Shown here: positions 49,890 to 63,369 of the stretch, piece by piece
Layout of the letters: the number at the start of each line of letters is the position of its first letter
Position numbering within the stretch: position 1 is the first letter of the stretch
From: Lytechinus pictus
Taxonomy: Eukaryota
Reading direction: 5' to 3'
DNA: 64,000 bases
Assembly (NCBI RefSeq): GCF_037042905.1
Contig: NC_087263.1
Span: 8,062,001-8,126,000 of the forward strand
Program-made: the position numbers and the translations under genes
The notes under the pieces: model-generated
Database searches by the model: none
Told to the model about the DNA's origin: nothing
What the model saw: only the letters and a program-made list of their open reading frames with translations

Positions 49890-51817
49890 TATAGATGTAT
49901 GGACTGCTTTGAGAGGCATGGTTGTTTCTAGAGGCTCAAGGGGGCCGCAGCGCGACTATGCCCGAGGGCATGGTCTGGCCGATGCGGTACCCGCGAGCCG
50001 AAATAAACAACCATGTCTCGAATATAAAAGCAGTCCATATATATTTTATGAACCGAATTAACGCTAGATCTAGATCTTAAACAAGTTTTAGGCCTAAAAG
50101 CCCTAAGCCACAGGCTAACATGTCATTAGGCCTAACGTTAGGCCCTAACTTTAAACTTAGCCCTGCCCCTGACGTTAGGTCTCGAAGTCGAATACTAAAG
50201 CATTCCATACCAATTAGATCTACTGAGTACTGCCACTAGGCCTATTTAGGAACCAAATTAGGGTCTGAACTAGGCTACCCCAAGTTAAGTTTACTGACTT
50301 AACGTTAAATCTCCATTAACGTTACAGTCTAAGTTAGATCTAACCGACGTCATGGACGTTAGATCTCGGCTACGTCAAATCCAAAGTAAGATTAAACGGA
50401 ACATTAGGCCTAACGTTAATTAGATCTAACTTAGATCTTGAATCTACTCTTAAATCCTATAAAAGCTAACGGTAGATTTCACGACCTAACGTTGTCGTTT
50501 GTCATACCTAACGAGTAGTCTAACGTTAGACTCTAACGTTACTTATAAATCTAACTTTAATTAGAAAGTGCAGTGACCGTACGGTATTAAACTATTATCT
50601 TTTCATTCGACTCACCTTTTGCGAGCATGCATTTCAATGAAAAACTGCAACAAGACTTGATGATTGATACATCCGTTATGTCCTTAAAGAGGGTGGATAG
50701 TTTTGGTAATTCCTCGAAATTGGCCTGTCACCATTCTAATTAATTTGTATATTATATGCATGTGTATGTCCTAAAACAGTCGTGATGTGGATGATATGAA
50801 ATGAAAAGGTGTTTTTCATGATAAATTATGCTCTTATATGTGTGAATTTTACCTTCTCGGATATCCCGACAAAGTAATTTCAAAACTGTAACATACCCCC
50901 TCTATCACCCAAATCCAGTTATCCACCCCTCTGCAGACACACCACCACCGCTGCCGTGAGTGTGCTACGCAAGAACGATAATGTAGTCCGCTACATTGCC
51001 TTGTCACTCGGTGAACGGCAGAGCAGAAAAAGCCTTGATCGCGTATCGACATTAGGATCACCGATTAGTACGTTCCTCACATGCACAACACACAACACCA
51101 CTCTGTTTTCCTACCTTCCTTGCTCTTGCCTTGGCTGGCGGGGGCTGGGGCTTGCGAGTACATCCCCTATTGTCTAAGTCTAACTTCCAATATAACACGG
51201 GAACAATTTAGAAAAGTGATTTCAGAATGAACACTACGTACAGCACAGAGTTGGGAAAAAAAACATTCTTTTTCGGTCATATTCTCCGACTTCCCGCGTT
51301 TTAGTCTCGGCTCATATGTTGTTTCAGATTGATGAAAAAAAAATTATTATGATTCTGATGAATCAAGAGAAAAAAAGGGCAGTGAAACCAACAGAAAGAA
51401 ACCCTTACATACAAAGGAAATTCCAAGATTATACATCCTGTTTATGTTTTGGAAATGCACTGTACTCTCGATCACTAAAATGTTATGTAAACCGTCTTTG
51501 GGTAAATTGTGTCTGAATTCATAGACTAGTACAGTACATTATCCACGTTGGTTGCACTGTCCTTTCTATGTATGCAGTAGGCCTGGCGGAATTGTATTTA
51601 CTTGTGTGTGCGTGTGTGAGGCCGGAGTGTGTGTAAGCATAGAGCTATATGGTGTAAGGTCAACAGCACTGTATGACACCATGAACTGTATAGGCCTACT
51701 ATATCGATATACTCGTGTTTGTAGGCATACTAGTAAAAGGCCATGAAGAGTTCAGTCCACTGGTCATGTACATGGAGATCTAATTACAACACATTGCTCC
51801 TGACCAGTGGTTCATAA
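49890..51817. mobile_element. Larger hairpin-plus-inverted-repeat element abutting the previous one
   Basis: Terminal hairpin at about 49890-50045, and inverted pair TTATGAACC (near 50046) / GGTTCATAA (51809-51817). Confidence 0.5.
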
Positions 51818-51981
51818 TACATTGGTCACATTTGTCATACGGCGGCCGTACGGCGAGTCGATCGAAAACAGTCGTTTTATTCATTTTTATTCAAACCATC
51901 TATATACATGTATATGTAGCTGGTACAAAAAAATGTTATAACTCGCCGTACGGCCGCCGTAGAACAAATGTGACCAAGGTA
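51818..51981. mobile_element. Harbinger-type MITE
   Basis: TAA TSD and a TIR of about 40 bp: TACATTGGTCACATTTG...TACGGCGGCCGTACGGCGAGT. Confidence 0.85.
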
Positions 51982-52421
51982 TAAATGAGTACGTGTCCTG
52001 AGATAATTCAATCGAGCTCTAACTAAACCATGCATGGACCTATAACTAGCATGTCAGTGTCAAGTTGCGGAAAACTGGCAATCCTATGGAATTAGTAATG
52101 AACTTCATTTTTTTGTAATTAATTATTGGATAAAGTTCTGTACATAATTCAGTTCGATCGTATACTTTTCGATAATTGGATGAAGACCATTTCGGGGTAA
52201 TAACCACTATATCACTAATAAATAGACCTACCAAAAAATAATAATGTGCAATATATAGAAGTCATGTCGGATGTAACGTCGATACTAAGGCCGCGATCAT
52301 CATTTTCGCCCATATTTCAAATACCTTTCTCTTTCGAAAACTGGCAATGGGGAAACACTGACGCCATAATTTGTTTTGTGGGACGCCAAAATGTTACTGT
52401 CATGCAGAGCTGTCTCACTAA

Positions 52422-55400
52422 TGGGGTGTTGCAAGAAACTTGCGATTGAACGCAAATCGAACGCAACTCCCAAAATTGAGCGCAAGTCCTCCGATTAAAC
52501 GCAAATCTGCAATTGAACGCAAGTTACGTTCAATCCTGTTGCAAGAAGAAGTTGCGTTTGATCAATTGAACGTAGATCAAGCGCAAGCTTTGCGATTGAT
52601 TGCAAATCGAACGTAACTTATGTGAGATTTTGGAGGACGCGCAAAATTTGCGCTCGATTTACGTTCAATTGATTGTCCATAGGCTTGTGTACTAATTCTG
52701 CCCCCTAATTTTTTTTTTCTTTTTTTTTTTGGAAAACTTGTGTAAATTATGCCATTTTCAATTTTCCATAGGTTTTTTCAAGAAAAACTTAAAATAATGT
52801 TATTTTCAATCTTCGTAGGCCTCTACAGCAATTATGCCATTATTTTCACACAACTTTACTACATTCTCTCCTAATATCATTTCAAAGTGTGTCAATCACC
52901 AAAAATATTCTGCTCTTGTTATCAGAGGTCATGGAATATTCAAATTGTGATTTCTGAAATAATTCGTATGAAGAAATATTGAAAAAATAATAACTCTCCA
53001 TAGGCACAAAAGCCACTCTTTATTAAAACACTTCATGCACTGGCAAATGCTTATCAATATGTCTGAGGGTTTGCAGTAAAATAATACAACTCAGAATTTG
53101 TTTTGCAAGAGCACTAAATTGCTTAAATGCTTTCATTCATACATATCATAATGAATAACATGCCCAATTAAGTTATTTTAGTTTGATTTTCAAATAAAAC
53201 ATACATTTCAGGAGATTGCTACACTTCAAAATCTGAAGCTCTCTTGTTTCTCTCTCTTTAATCATGAGATTGCATCGTAGATATATATCACACTTGCATA
53301 CAGGGATGAGGTCGAGGCTGATTCTTCCGAGTCATGAGGCAGCTTGAGATAACTTCCCATAGATTCTGTACAGTGACTCGGACCAAGGCCAGCAAAATGT
53401 TGCATCGAGGTCAGCATTGACTACATCCCTGCTTGGACTTGAAAAGATCCATTGATCTGTGCACAAAAAAGAACACTGCTCAAGACATTCATTAATGATG
53501 GACCTTTTATTTTATTTTTTTCAATGTTTCTTGCTCCCGAGGAATTACTTCTGAGATTCAGTTATATGAAATAAAATTTCATATCATCTACCGGTACATC
53601 AAGTGTTTCACCACAGAATGTCTTGTTTGAAATTGACGTGTATCATGCAGAAGACCACAGTCCTTAAGGTTGGCATGAAGAATCCATAGAAGTCCAGTCA
53701 GGAAAGCCACAAGCGTTTCTGCTTGAAGGAACAAATCTGGTTTCCAGAAGCAGTCTAATTTGAGGTGAATTTGGAGAGCTTCATGGAGTGAAGTTTTTAA
53801 ACAAGCAACGCCCTCATTCTGAAGTCCACTCTAATAATGATACTACAGACAGGAGCAGCTCTGAATTCAGTTCTGATAATCAACCTGTTCATAAAAAATA
53901 ATAATATAGGAAATAATGCAAGCCCATAACTATACATAGCTTGGGTAAGATCAAATTTTGTCCTTTCAGTGCAAGAATGCCCTTAGCAAAACATTTTTGT
54001 GCACCCCATCGGTGCAGAAATGCCCCTATGCCTGCTGGTAAGGGCGTTGTTTGCACCGACATGATGATATGATAGAGGGATAGTGGCTTACTCCTGAGAC
54101 CATAGTAATTGGCAATTTGCCATGATGTAATCTAAAAAAGTGTGAACTGATTGTTTTCCCCAAAATAAATGAATCATGGAAATTAAAATATGCAATAAAT
54201 TAAATCAATTAAAGCAAAATACACACTTTCATACAGTACACCTTGGATGAGCACAACAACCACCCCCTCCCCTCCCCCATCAATGGGATGTCTTCATTGC
54301 TGAGAAGTCCAGTCAAGATAGAGATTTGTGTTTGCCTTTTTCATTTTGCATTATCCTTGGGTCAATGTGTACAGATTTCACCCCATCCGCATTACGATCA
54401 TGGTGAATTATTAATAATAATACAGTTTACATGTAACCTACCATTCAAGAGTTGATAAAATGAATCAATCAGCTGGCTGCAAGAACACACATTGTAGCAG
54501 ACACAGTTATGGTGGTTCTGAGGTTTCTTGTTTATTCCAGACTTCTTTGTCATCATAACTGTAGTAAGCAATTAAAAGCAAAAAGCAAAGAGATAAAACA
54601 TGTTCATGAAATTAATATACAAGTTAAGCTCAGTTGCCAGTGTGTTGATCATTATAGTAGTCCCAGGGTGTTTTCATTAAAGTCACTTCTGGCCTGGGGA
54701 GGGGCACTATGGTTCCTCAGCCATGGGCGGCGCAATTAAGAAATTTATGAAATCATACCTTATGCTTTAATTTACTAAAAAAAGCTTGTAATAGAATGCT
54801 AAACTTTGGTGTACATATTCCTTTCTAGAGCATTCCTAACAACTTTACTTTAAAAAATCTGGTATCAAAATAAATTCCTTTCATGTTATTTTTTAAATAT
54901 TTTTCTTAACTTCTTAAATGTATTTTTTTTTAATTGTTATTTTCAAGACAAAGTTCATCAGTGACATTAAATTACTATTGTCAATAAAAAAAATTACCAT
55001 TATGAATATTGACTTTTTACATGTAATCATGTTTTTGTCTGACATGAACTTGAACAAACATAATGTTGCATAATTTCCTGACACTGTACCTGGGAATGGC
55101 AAATTTGGTCTCAAAAGTTGCGAGACTTGAAAGTAAAACGTGAGTCAGCGGTGCGGTAATAACATTTTGAGAGGCAGATTTATTCTGAAAAATGTCAAGG
55201 GGGACCATATGCCCCCCCCCCCGAGTATTGTGCTTGATGTAAAAAAAAATCATGATTATGCATTCAATATTAATAATGATGCACCATATGAGACACCCTT
55301 TAACTGAAAGCACCTGGAAAAGCATTGTAATCATCCATTAAACAATTTAAAGTGAAAAAAAAAAATCTGTAATCTATATAGCACCTCATGTGCTTGCATA

Positions 55401-57171
55401 AAAATCAAGAGTCAGCTACATAGTAGCCCGGGGGAGGGGGGGGGGGGTACTCATGAAATAAGGCATATTGGGATATGCCGCAGGAATGGGTCGCCTTTTT
55501 TGAAGAAATCCCTAAACATGGGGTATGGTTTTATGCTGGAAAATCCCTAAGCATGGCCCATTTTTTAGATAATGTCCTTAAACATGGGTCCATATTCTAC
55601 TCCAATGTCTTAGGTGCAAATACAAAATGACCTTACATTTTGGGCGATAACCTTTTTCTTTTTTTTGCTTGTCAAGTCTTCCAGGCGAAAATGTGCCCCC
55701 CCCCCCCTTTGGAAATCCTGGATCCGCCCCTGTAATGAATCCCTAATAATGGGTACCTTTTTAGCCAAAATGACCTGTAAATATGGGTACGGGTTTCGAA
55801 CCTTCAGCCGCACACCTTTGTCCAAACTAAATCTAAGTACCCCCCCCCCGGCGTAGTAGATCTACATATTGAATCTAAAAAATAATATGTATTTAGGCCT
55901 ACATCATGTACATGTATATCTTTTTATATTTATATGTGATGGATATTAAAAATGTGACTCATACGGCACATCATTACAAATCAACGGCACAAATAGACTG
56001 TCCTTGCAAAGAACCTCTTGTGCAATCTGCCTGTAAGAAATTTTAAAAAGAGCCCTGGGCAGGCAACTCCCTATTCAATGTTAAAACTTCCCCAAGAATG
56101 TGGCAGATGTGGCCAATAGATTCTGAAAAGTAGCCCAATACGTGTAGACCCCTATACCTTTGTTGTTGTTTTTTTCTTGTCTGGCGAGATATGTGGAGTC
56201 TGGAGAACCACCCCCCCCCCAAAAAAAAAAAAAAAATAATAATAATAATAATAAACTTTTTTTTAATCCTCTAAAGTCAAGACAAAAGTCAAAACAGCAA
56301 AATTTTCACTTTATCCCAGGCCAAGGAAAGTCATAAAAAGGGAGGTTAACGTTAGACAGACCTTTAAAAAAAGAGAGACAAATGGAGAGGATTTTTTCTT
56401 GTGGAAAGAAAAATAGAAAAAAAATAGAACTAGAAGTAGAACTTAAGTAGAACTAGAAGGTACATGTACTGACTTCATCACTGATGTAGTAGTAGTAGTA
56501 ATGCCTAATCACAAATGGAAGTCTTTAATTTCTATTTACTGGATGGCTATTCGCCGCTGAAACCGATATAACTTAAAGAATTATTTCAAATAGGAACAAA
56601 AATAATCTTTGAAGGTCATTTTCGATGTTTCATACATAATTAGAGCCTACACATTTACTTGCTTCAGGGTGACTTTTAACAATAACAGCACTGCACCGGC
56701 AATGACCTGCCGTGTTGTTGATACAACCGTGCATTACCGACACAAAAAGTCAAGTGTGGGACTGGGATTAAAAGTGTGCGGTAGAAAATTTGTTGAAGGT
56801 GAAATTTCGACCGGCGATAAAGATACATTTTCGCTCTTTTCAAAATTATTTTTTCCCTGGCATAGGTCTAAAATATATAAATTCTCTGGAAACATACATA
56901 ATGGAGAAAGAATTGTCTGAAAAATGAATATTTTCTACTTACTCTCTTCCAGATCCAGGATTGTTGCAAGCCATTATTTTGCTTTTTTGGCTAGTCTTGT
57001 GCTGCAGACCCTGTTGACAGCTGCAAATCAGCTGCAACTTGCGTTCAATCGCAAGCCTTTTTCTTGCAACGCAAATTGGCGATTGATTGCTAGTTGCAGT
57101 CGATCGGAAGCGGCTGCAAAGTTGCAGTCGATTTGCTATCAATTGCAACGTAACTTTCTTGCAACACCCTA
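52422..57171. mobile_element. 4.75-kb PIF/Harbinger-type non-autonomous element with cargo and nested MITEs
   Basis: TAA TSD, TIR TGGGGTGTTGCAAGAAA / TTTCTTGCAACACCCTA, and subterminal TTGAACGCAA-type repeats. Confidence 0.85.
55427..55853. mobile_element. CCCGGGGG-terminus MITE nested in the Harbinger-type element
   Basis: CCCGGGGG...GTACT / AGTACCCCCCCCCGG termini, with TAGTAG on both flanks. Confidence 0.6.
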
Positions 57172-57419
57172 TAAGTCTCAGGTCTCTATTATTTAATAGT
57201 GATCGATGTGCAGGATTTTTCCTTCTCTATTTTAGACTGAAATAAATTTATGATTTTTATAAAGTCTTTTTTTTTCCTTTTTTTTTTTTTGGGGGGGGGG
57301 GGGCAGGGGGTCATTTTCACGTGAAAAAATATGGCGAAAGCTGAGTCATTTGATCTGCTACTATATAACTTCTAGTTTTGTATCTAAATGAAACATGAAT
57401 TAGGAAGCACAGCGATGGA

Positions 57420-57992
57420 ACGATCAGTCCATATCCCAACAAAAAGTTTATTTGATTAAAAAGGAAAATCCAACAAGCACTGGAAATTTCATCAAAATCG
57501 GATGTAAAAAAAGAAAGTTTGACATTTTTTATGATCAAATTTCACAGACCAGTTATATGCACATCCTGGTCTGTATGACTGCATGATGACGTCACACACT
57601 TAATTGTATTCTTTGTCAAATATAAATAAATATTCTAATTTTCTCCTAATTGTATGTGACATTTTCATTAATATATTATCGCTGTGGATTATATTTCTAT
57701 GGTTCAGTCAAGTAATTGGTCCTTATTATTTTGAAATCTCTAAAAATTGAAATATAATTCAAACAATAAAAAAAATAAAAGAAAAAGTGATCGATCGGAC
57801 ATCATCAACTCTCATTTTCATATGATTGAGTTGTGCATAACTATTCTGTGAAAAATGTGCGCTATGCGAAATTTTGAAATGTCATAATTTTCTCATATTT
57901 TACATCCGATTTTGTTGAAATCTTCAAAATTATGCTTGTTGGATATTTCTATTGATTAAAATTAACATTCTTTTCTGGGGTGGACTTGACCT
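57420..57992. mobile_element. Kolobok-like MITE (family of 3025-3628)
   Basis: Right end GGGGTGGACTTGACCT followed by TTAA, with a shared internal sequence. Confidence 0.65.
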
Positions 57993-58018
57993 TTAAACAT
58001 TGAACTATGGTCGAGGTG

Positions 58019-58454
58019 CAGCGGCGTACCCAGGATTTTCCAAAAGAGCAGCAAATTTTTTGGACGATATTTCGTGCGCGAAAAGAATTGACAAGCAAAA
58101 AAAGGAAAGGTCTTCAACCACAAATAAAGGATTTCGTACCACAACAAATTGACAAGCCAAAAAAAAAAGAAAATTAAGGTCTTTAAGTTCAAAAGAGGGT
58201 CCACACGTCTGTTTTCATTGCATTTTTACATTCCAAATTATTAATTTTGCTTCTCAAAAGGGGGGCATGTCCCCTGGATCAGTTATGACTCGTCAGGGGG
58301 GGGGGCACCTGTCCCCTGGATCAGTTGTGACTCGTCAGGGGGGGGGGGAATATCCCCTGGATCAGTTGTGACTCGTCGGGGGGACAGGGGCATGTCCCCT
58401 GGATCAGTTGTGACTCATCAGGGGGCAGTCTGCCCCCTTAGGTATACGCTAGTG
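58019..58454. mobile_element. hAT-type MITE with an internal ~40-bp minisatellite
   Basis: 8-bp TSD TCGAGGTG/GCGAGGTG, and four copies of TCCCCTGGATCAGTTGTGACTCGTCAGGGGG at about 58268-58425. Confidence 0.7.
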
Positions 58455-59655
58455 GCGAGGTGCAAAAAAAACAGGGACAATGATTTACAAGTCATTATAT
58501 AAGCACTGATTTCCAAGTCATAAGCACAAGGAGGTGAAATTGAGAACGGTGCGAAGAGAAAAAATGCAATGAAAGAAAGAAATTAGTATAAAGAAAGAAA
58601 AAAAATGGAGAAGGGATGGGGGCTGCATGGGATTGCGTCGTTGGGAATTTCTTTAGTCTGACAAACTTTATTGCATTTTTTTTTTGGTTTCTAACTTGAC
58701 AAACAAGCCATGTACACGCCCCTCATTATAAAAGGGAGAAATATCCGGATATTGTCAATCGGACTGTTATGAGAGAAAAGCAAAAAAAAAAAATGTTGTG
58801 ATATCGGCATCATAATTGATAGTGCATTGAAATAATGTTATTTCTTCATTAAAAAAATAACACACTTTCTTGTGAATAGGAACATGGCTTACCGCTCCCC
58901 CAACCTCACCTTCGCAGAGGGTGGACAAAATTATACTGAGCAAGTAGTTGACCTTCCTGTAAAATATCCTATATCCTATATTAAACGTGTAATTTTTGTT
59001 TGTCAACAAAACATAGCACGAATCTCTTGTAATGAAAAAATCTCTGAGCTGACTTTATAATTTTATAAATTACAACATATTTTATTAATTGAGAAAGAGC
59101 AGAGGTCAAAAATACAGTATATAATTGAGGGATCCAGGCTGGGGGCACCCCAGGAATATTTTGAAATTTGCTCATGGACTTAAATTTTGTATTTATTTAC
59201 TTTAATGCATTTTTTAATCTATTAATTAATTCATTCATTTATCATGTATTCTGTTTCATTTACCCAAGGTAAGAGAGTCTTGCACAAGAGAGCTAAATGT
59301 TCGAAAATGGCCATTATGGGCCCGTCTGTTTGCTATTTCCACCACTTTTTATTTCTTTCTTCACAACGTTAATTTTGTATAAGAATCTTCTACTATAATT
59401 GGCGTGCTTGCCTGACACACTTTCATTCCAATTTGATATTGACCGAACATTGCCATAAACATTACCGATAAACCGTTCTTGTACCATGATTGTTAAGAAA
59501 AAAAAGAAGATGTTCACCTATACCCTGGCAAAATGGCATTTAATGCATGCTTAGTTTCAAGTTTCCAATTTGCACCTTTCTAATGAGTCTATTAGAAACA
59601 CAAGTAAAGAACTATATAGCTCTTGAGGCCTGTTCAGAAATAATATGTTGGATAC

Positions 59656-60602
59656 AGGGGCAGCCTTCGCTGATGGGGGGGGGGGGGTGCGAATTTTGTC
59701 AGCCCAAAATTTTCCCTGATCGGCCTCTCGAAGTTGATTTGTTTATGTTTATTTGAAGGGGTAGTCCTAACAGTGCATCTCTCAGCTTTATTTTAATAAA
59801 TCATCATAAACACAATCTCATAAGCCTTAGTTCGTGCGCAAAGTGCGAACTAATTTTTTTTTTTAATGTATTTTGTCCTAAAACTTGAACATTCTGGGCA
59901 ATGTTTGTGAGCCTGAACGTCATGTAACTGATTAATATTACTGCGTATAGCGTGAACAGAAATTATAATACGTTTTGATCTGATCGAAAAGGGACCACCA
60001 ATCAAAAACTATACTTGCAGTTGGACATGAATGCGTTGCATATTTCAACAATCAAATAGTGCATGCAAGCGCGAGCTGATTTTTTTTACATTTCTACCTA
60101 AAGAAGGGAAAATCTAAGCTCTTTTTGTCAATTTGTGAACATGATAGGTATATCACTGAACAATTGATGCGTGAGAAAAGCGTGAGCGTAAAAATCGAGA
60201 TTTAGCCTAAAACGGGACACATTTTTCATGTTTTGTAAATCATGAAAAGGATGAATAATTGGGAATCTTTCTACATGAATAATGCGAGCGCGCCAAACGC
60301 GAGCAGAAAACTTTTGGAAATCTGAAATGAAAATAAGGGTCCATCTAAGCTCTGTGTTTCAAGTACTTTGGTGGAAAATTGCTAGGTGGATATTGATCGC
60401 ACTTAATAAAAAGCTGATATTTTGTTTTATTTTCAAAGTCGTCCACTCATCTTATTTTATTCTTTCGCCTCCTTTTATTTCTTTTTCTTCTCTCTTTTCC
60501 CCCTTATTTTTCAACTTTCTTTCTTTCAACCTTTTTCTTCAGTTTTTTTTTGCTCCGCCAAGGGGGGCAAGCACCTCGCCCCCCTTCCTGGATCCGCCTA
60601 TG
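59656..60602. mobile_element. Degenerate copy of the 540-2621 family
   Basis: Shared blocks such as GAACATTCTGGGCAATGTTTG and GTAAATCATGAAAAGGATGA, and the same GGATCCGCCTATG end. Confidence 0.75.
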
Positions 60603-60673
60603 TAAATATTCAAAGTAAAAATGTTCTGTAATGAAGACAGGATCATTCAGAATTGTGCTAAAAGATGTACATG

Positions 60674-63368
60674 CATAGGCAAGTCATGCAGATCCATGGG
60701 GTCGAAGCGGCCGCGGGCAACCCCCTACCTCTGTTGGCTGCGGAAAAGGAGGTAAAAGAGAAAAGAACGAGGAATGAAAAAAGGAGTAAGGGAAGAAAAT
60801 GATAAAAGAAGGAAGAAAGTGTAATAAAACTGGGGAGGGGATGATAAGAAAATAAAGAAGGAAATCAGGCCATAATGTAAAAAAAAAAACGTTTAAAAAC
60901 GTTGCTTACACTTCGCGCTCGCATTGACTTGAGCGGGATGATAATATGTTCAACATGTTCAAGAGGATATCAACTGCCCTAAAATATTAATTTTCAAGTC
61001 TAGTCAATATGCACAAATTATTCTCGCCACTCGAATATTAATTATCTTCTTTTTATTCAGCGATACACATTCTCTTCATGATTACAAGAAAAGTTCTAAA
61101 TTCATATTGCAAAAATATTAGCTCGCGCTTTGCGTTCACAAATTTAGTAAGTAAGTGCGATCAATATCCGCTTCACATTATTTTTCTAAAGTGGTTGAAG
61201 GTAGCTGAAGGTTGAAAGGTAATCTGAAAAATAAAAATATTGCACTAACTTTTTTTGTGAGAATGAAATTAAGCAAGCGAAGCGAGAATGCCGATGGTAC
61301 TGAATAAAAATATAGCACCGCAGAATAGAAAAAAGGAGCTCGAGTTAGAATCTGTTATAACAATGGCAATATATACAAAACATACACAACACAATATATT
61401 TAAATTTCATTTTTCATAATAACATATTTTATGAATTTCCATATACATCTGTTCACACTAAAATTACACTACTGTACGAAAAAACAACACCTAGAACAAA
61501 CTATGAATAACCCATTTTCCCCCCTTTCAAATAAATTGAGATCCATTTACGCACATGCACACGCCTTACTCCCCCTTTCCCATTTTCTTTCTCCTGCTCC
61601 TTCAATACCCTCCAGGAATTGCTCAGGGTTCGGGGAGGGGGGGGGGGTGTCGATCTCCCTTTGATCATCATACTTTTTAATGAATCATAATGGCAATCTA
61701 ATGGTAGCATCTAAACTCGCTCGTCGCGCTTGCATAAACTTATGCAGTCCTTGTGAGCATAGCTCACCCCCCCCTCCTGGTGACTTGGAACCCCCTCCCC
61801 ATTGAAGAGAAAAGAATGATAAAGAGATATGTATCACGTCAAAATCTATCACAAAGTTAGATTTTTGTATTGAAGGGTGATACAAAAATTGCTCGCCTGC
61901 AGCTTTTCTAGTAATAATTTTATCCTTTATGCAATTCTGTCCCCCCTTGAAATTTTAGACTGGTAGTGCTACTGACCACCCCCTCAAAAAAAGTAATGAT
62001 AATAATAATAATAAATTACAAGTAAAAATAGGCCTAAATGTAACAAAAAAAAACTTTCAGGGACCAAACTTAATTGTGTCAGTTATCCAATCTCATCCAA
62101 CCCCGTAAAGACCGACACTGGACACCCATGTTATTTTACATACACCGCGATGAAAGCGAAAATTGGGGGGGGGGGGGCGTGCCCCCAAATTTTTTGGCTA
62201 GGATTTAACATTATCTAGGATATGTTAATGCTTGTATGGTATCTCCGCGAAACCTCTTCGAAATTCAGCAGGGTTTTACGATCGTTATTACATTAAAAAT
62301 TAGCAAGCTGATTTAGACTTCGTGGCACATACATGTACGGCATCAAATTTTTTCCTCCCGTTCGTTTTTTTTTTGTAATCCTCGATCGTCAACCTGGACG
62401 TGTTCTTATATGCCTAATTCCACTTTTCCTTAATCCCTTCTCTTCCTTTTTTTAAATTCAGCTTTATCGCTATCTCATAGGCGGATCCAGGGGCAAAGTT
62501 CCCGGGTCCCCGTAGTGGAGGAGCAAAAAAAAAGGAAAGTAAAAAAAAAAAGGAAAAGGGAAAAGAGAGGAGAAAAGGGGGAAGAAGACAAGTGAATAAA
62601 ACAAGGCGAGCTGTCATTATTGTTTGATTTATAAATTGATTTTTATTATGTGCAGCCATAGTCCGTTTTATGGTCCAAGTATCAATGCAGCTCCCGCTAC
62701 GCGCTCGCATTATTTGTCAAGTACCCTAGTCTTCGTATATTCAATGAATTCTAAAAAATATTCATATTCAGGTCTGATTGTCAAAACCTATCACATGATT
62801 GTCAAAAGACAATTAAAATAAAATCGGTTCGTGATTTGCGCTCGCATTAATTGTTAAAGATTATATCAACCAATGTCTTCTATTCATAAATACAATGCTT
62901 ACAATATCCAGTTGTCAGAACTTGATATTAACAAATTTCTCGCTTTCATCGGGCTTATTAGTTATTAGAGTAACAAATAAGATAAGAACATTTTCATGAA
63001 TTGCTAATTACTATATTGTATTTTTTTCAGAATAGAATGTCGACAAGTTTCATCTCGCGCTTTAATAGGTAGATAATTACCATTTTCATTATGATGACAA
63101 CATGTCCTTAGAATATCCCCGTCCTAGGTCAAAATAATTTTACAAAAATATCAGCTCGCGCTCACAGGCTCGAATCATTTTATTAAATGCAATCCACATC
63201 CAATTTTCATTTTTAGTGATTGAAATAGTGCTTATATTAATTGAGATTATAATATAAACAATATTCTGCTCGCACTTCGCGCTCGCATTATAAATGTGAA
63301 AGATGCCTAATTACCCATCTTCACGAATTACAAAACATGAATAGTGTCCAGTCCCGTTTTTAGCTCTA
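60674..63368. mobile_element. Further degenerate, inverted relatives of the GCGAGCGCG-motif family (about 60674-61973 and 62477-63368)
   Basis: CTTCGCGCTCGCATT motifs, and CATAGGCGGATCCAGGGG at about 62476. Confidence 0.55.
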
Positions 63369-63369
63369 A

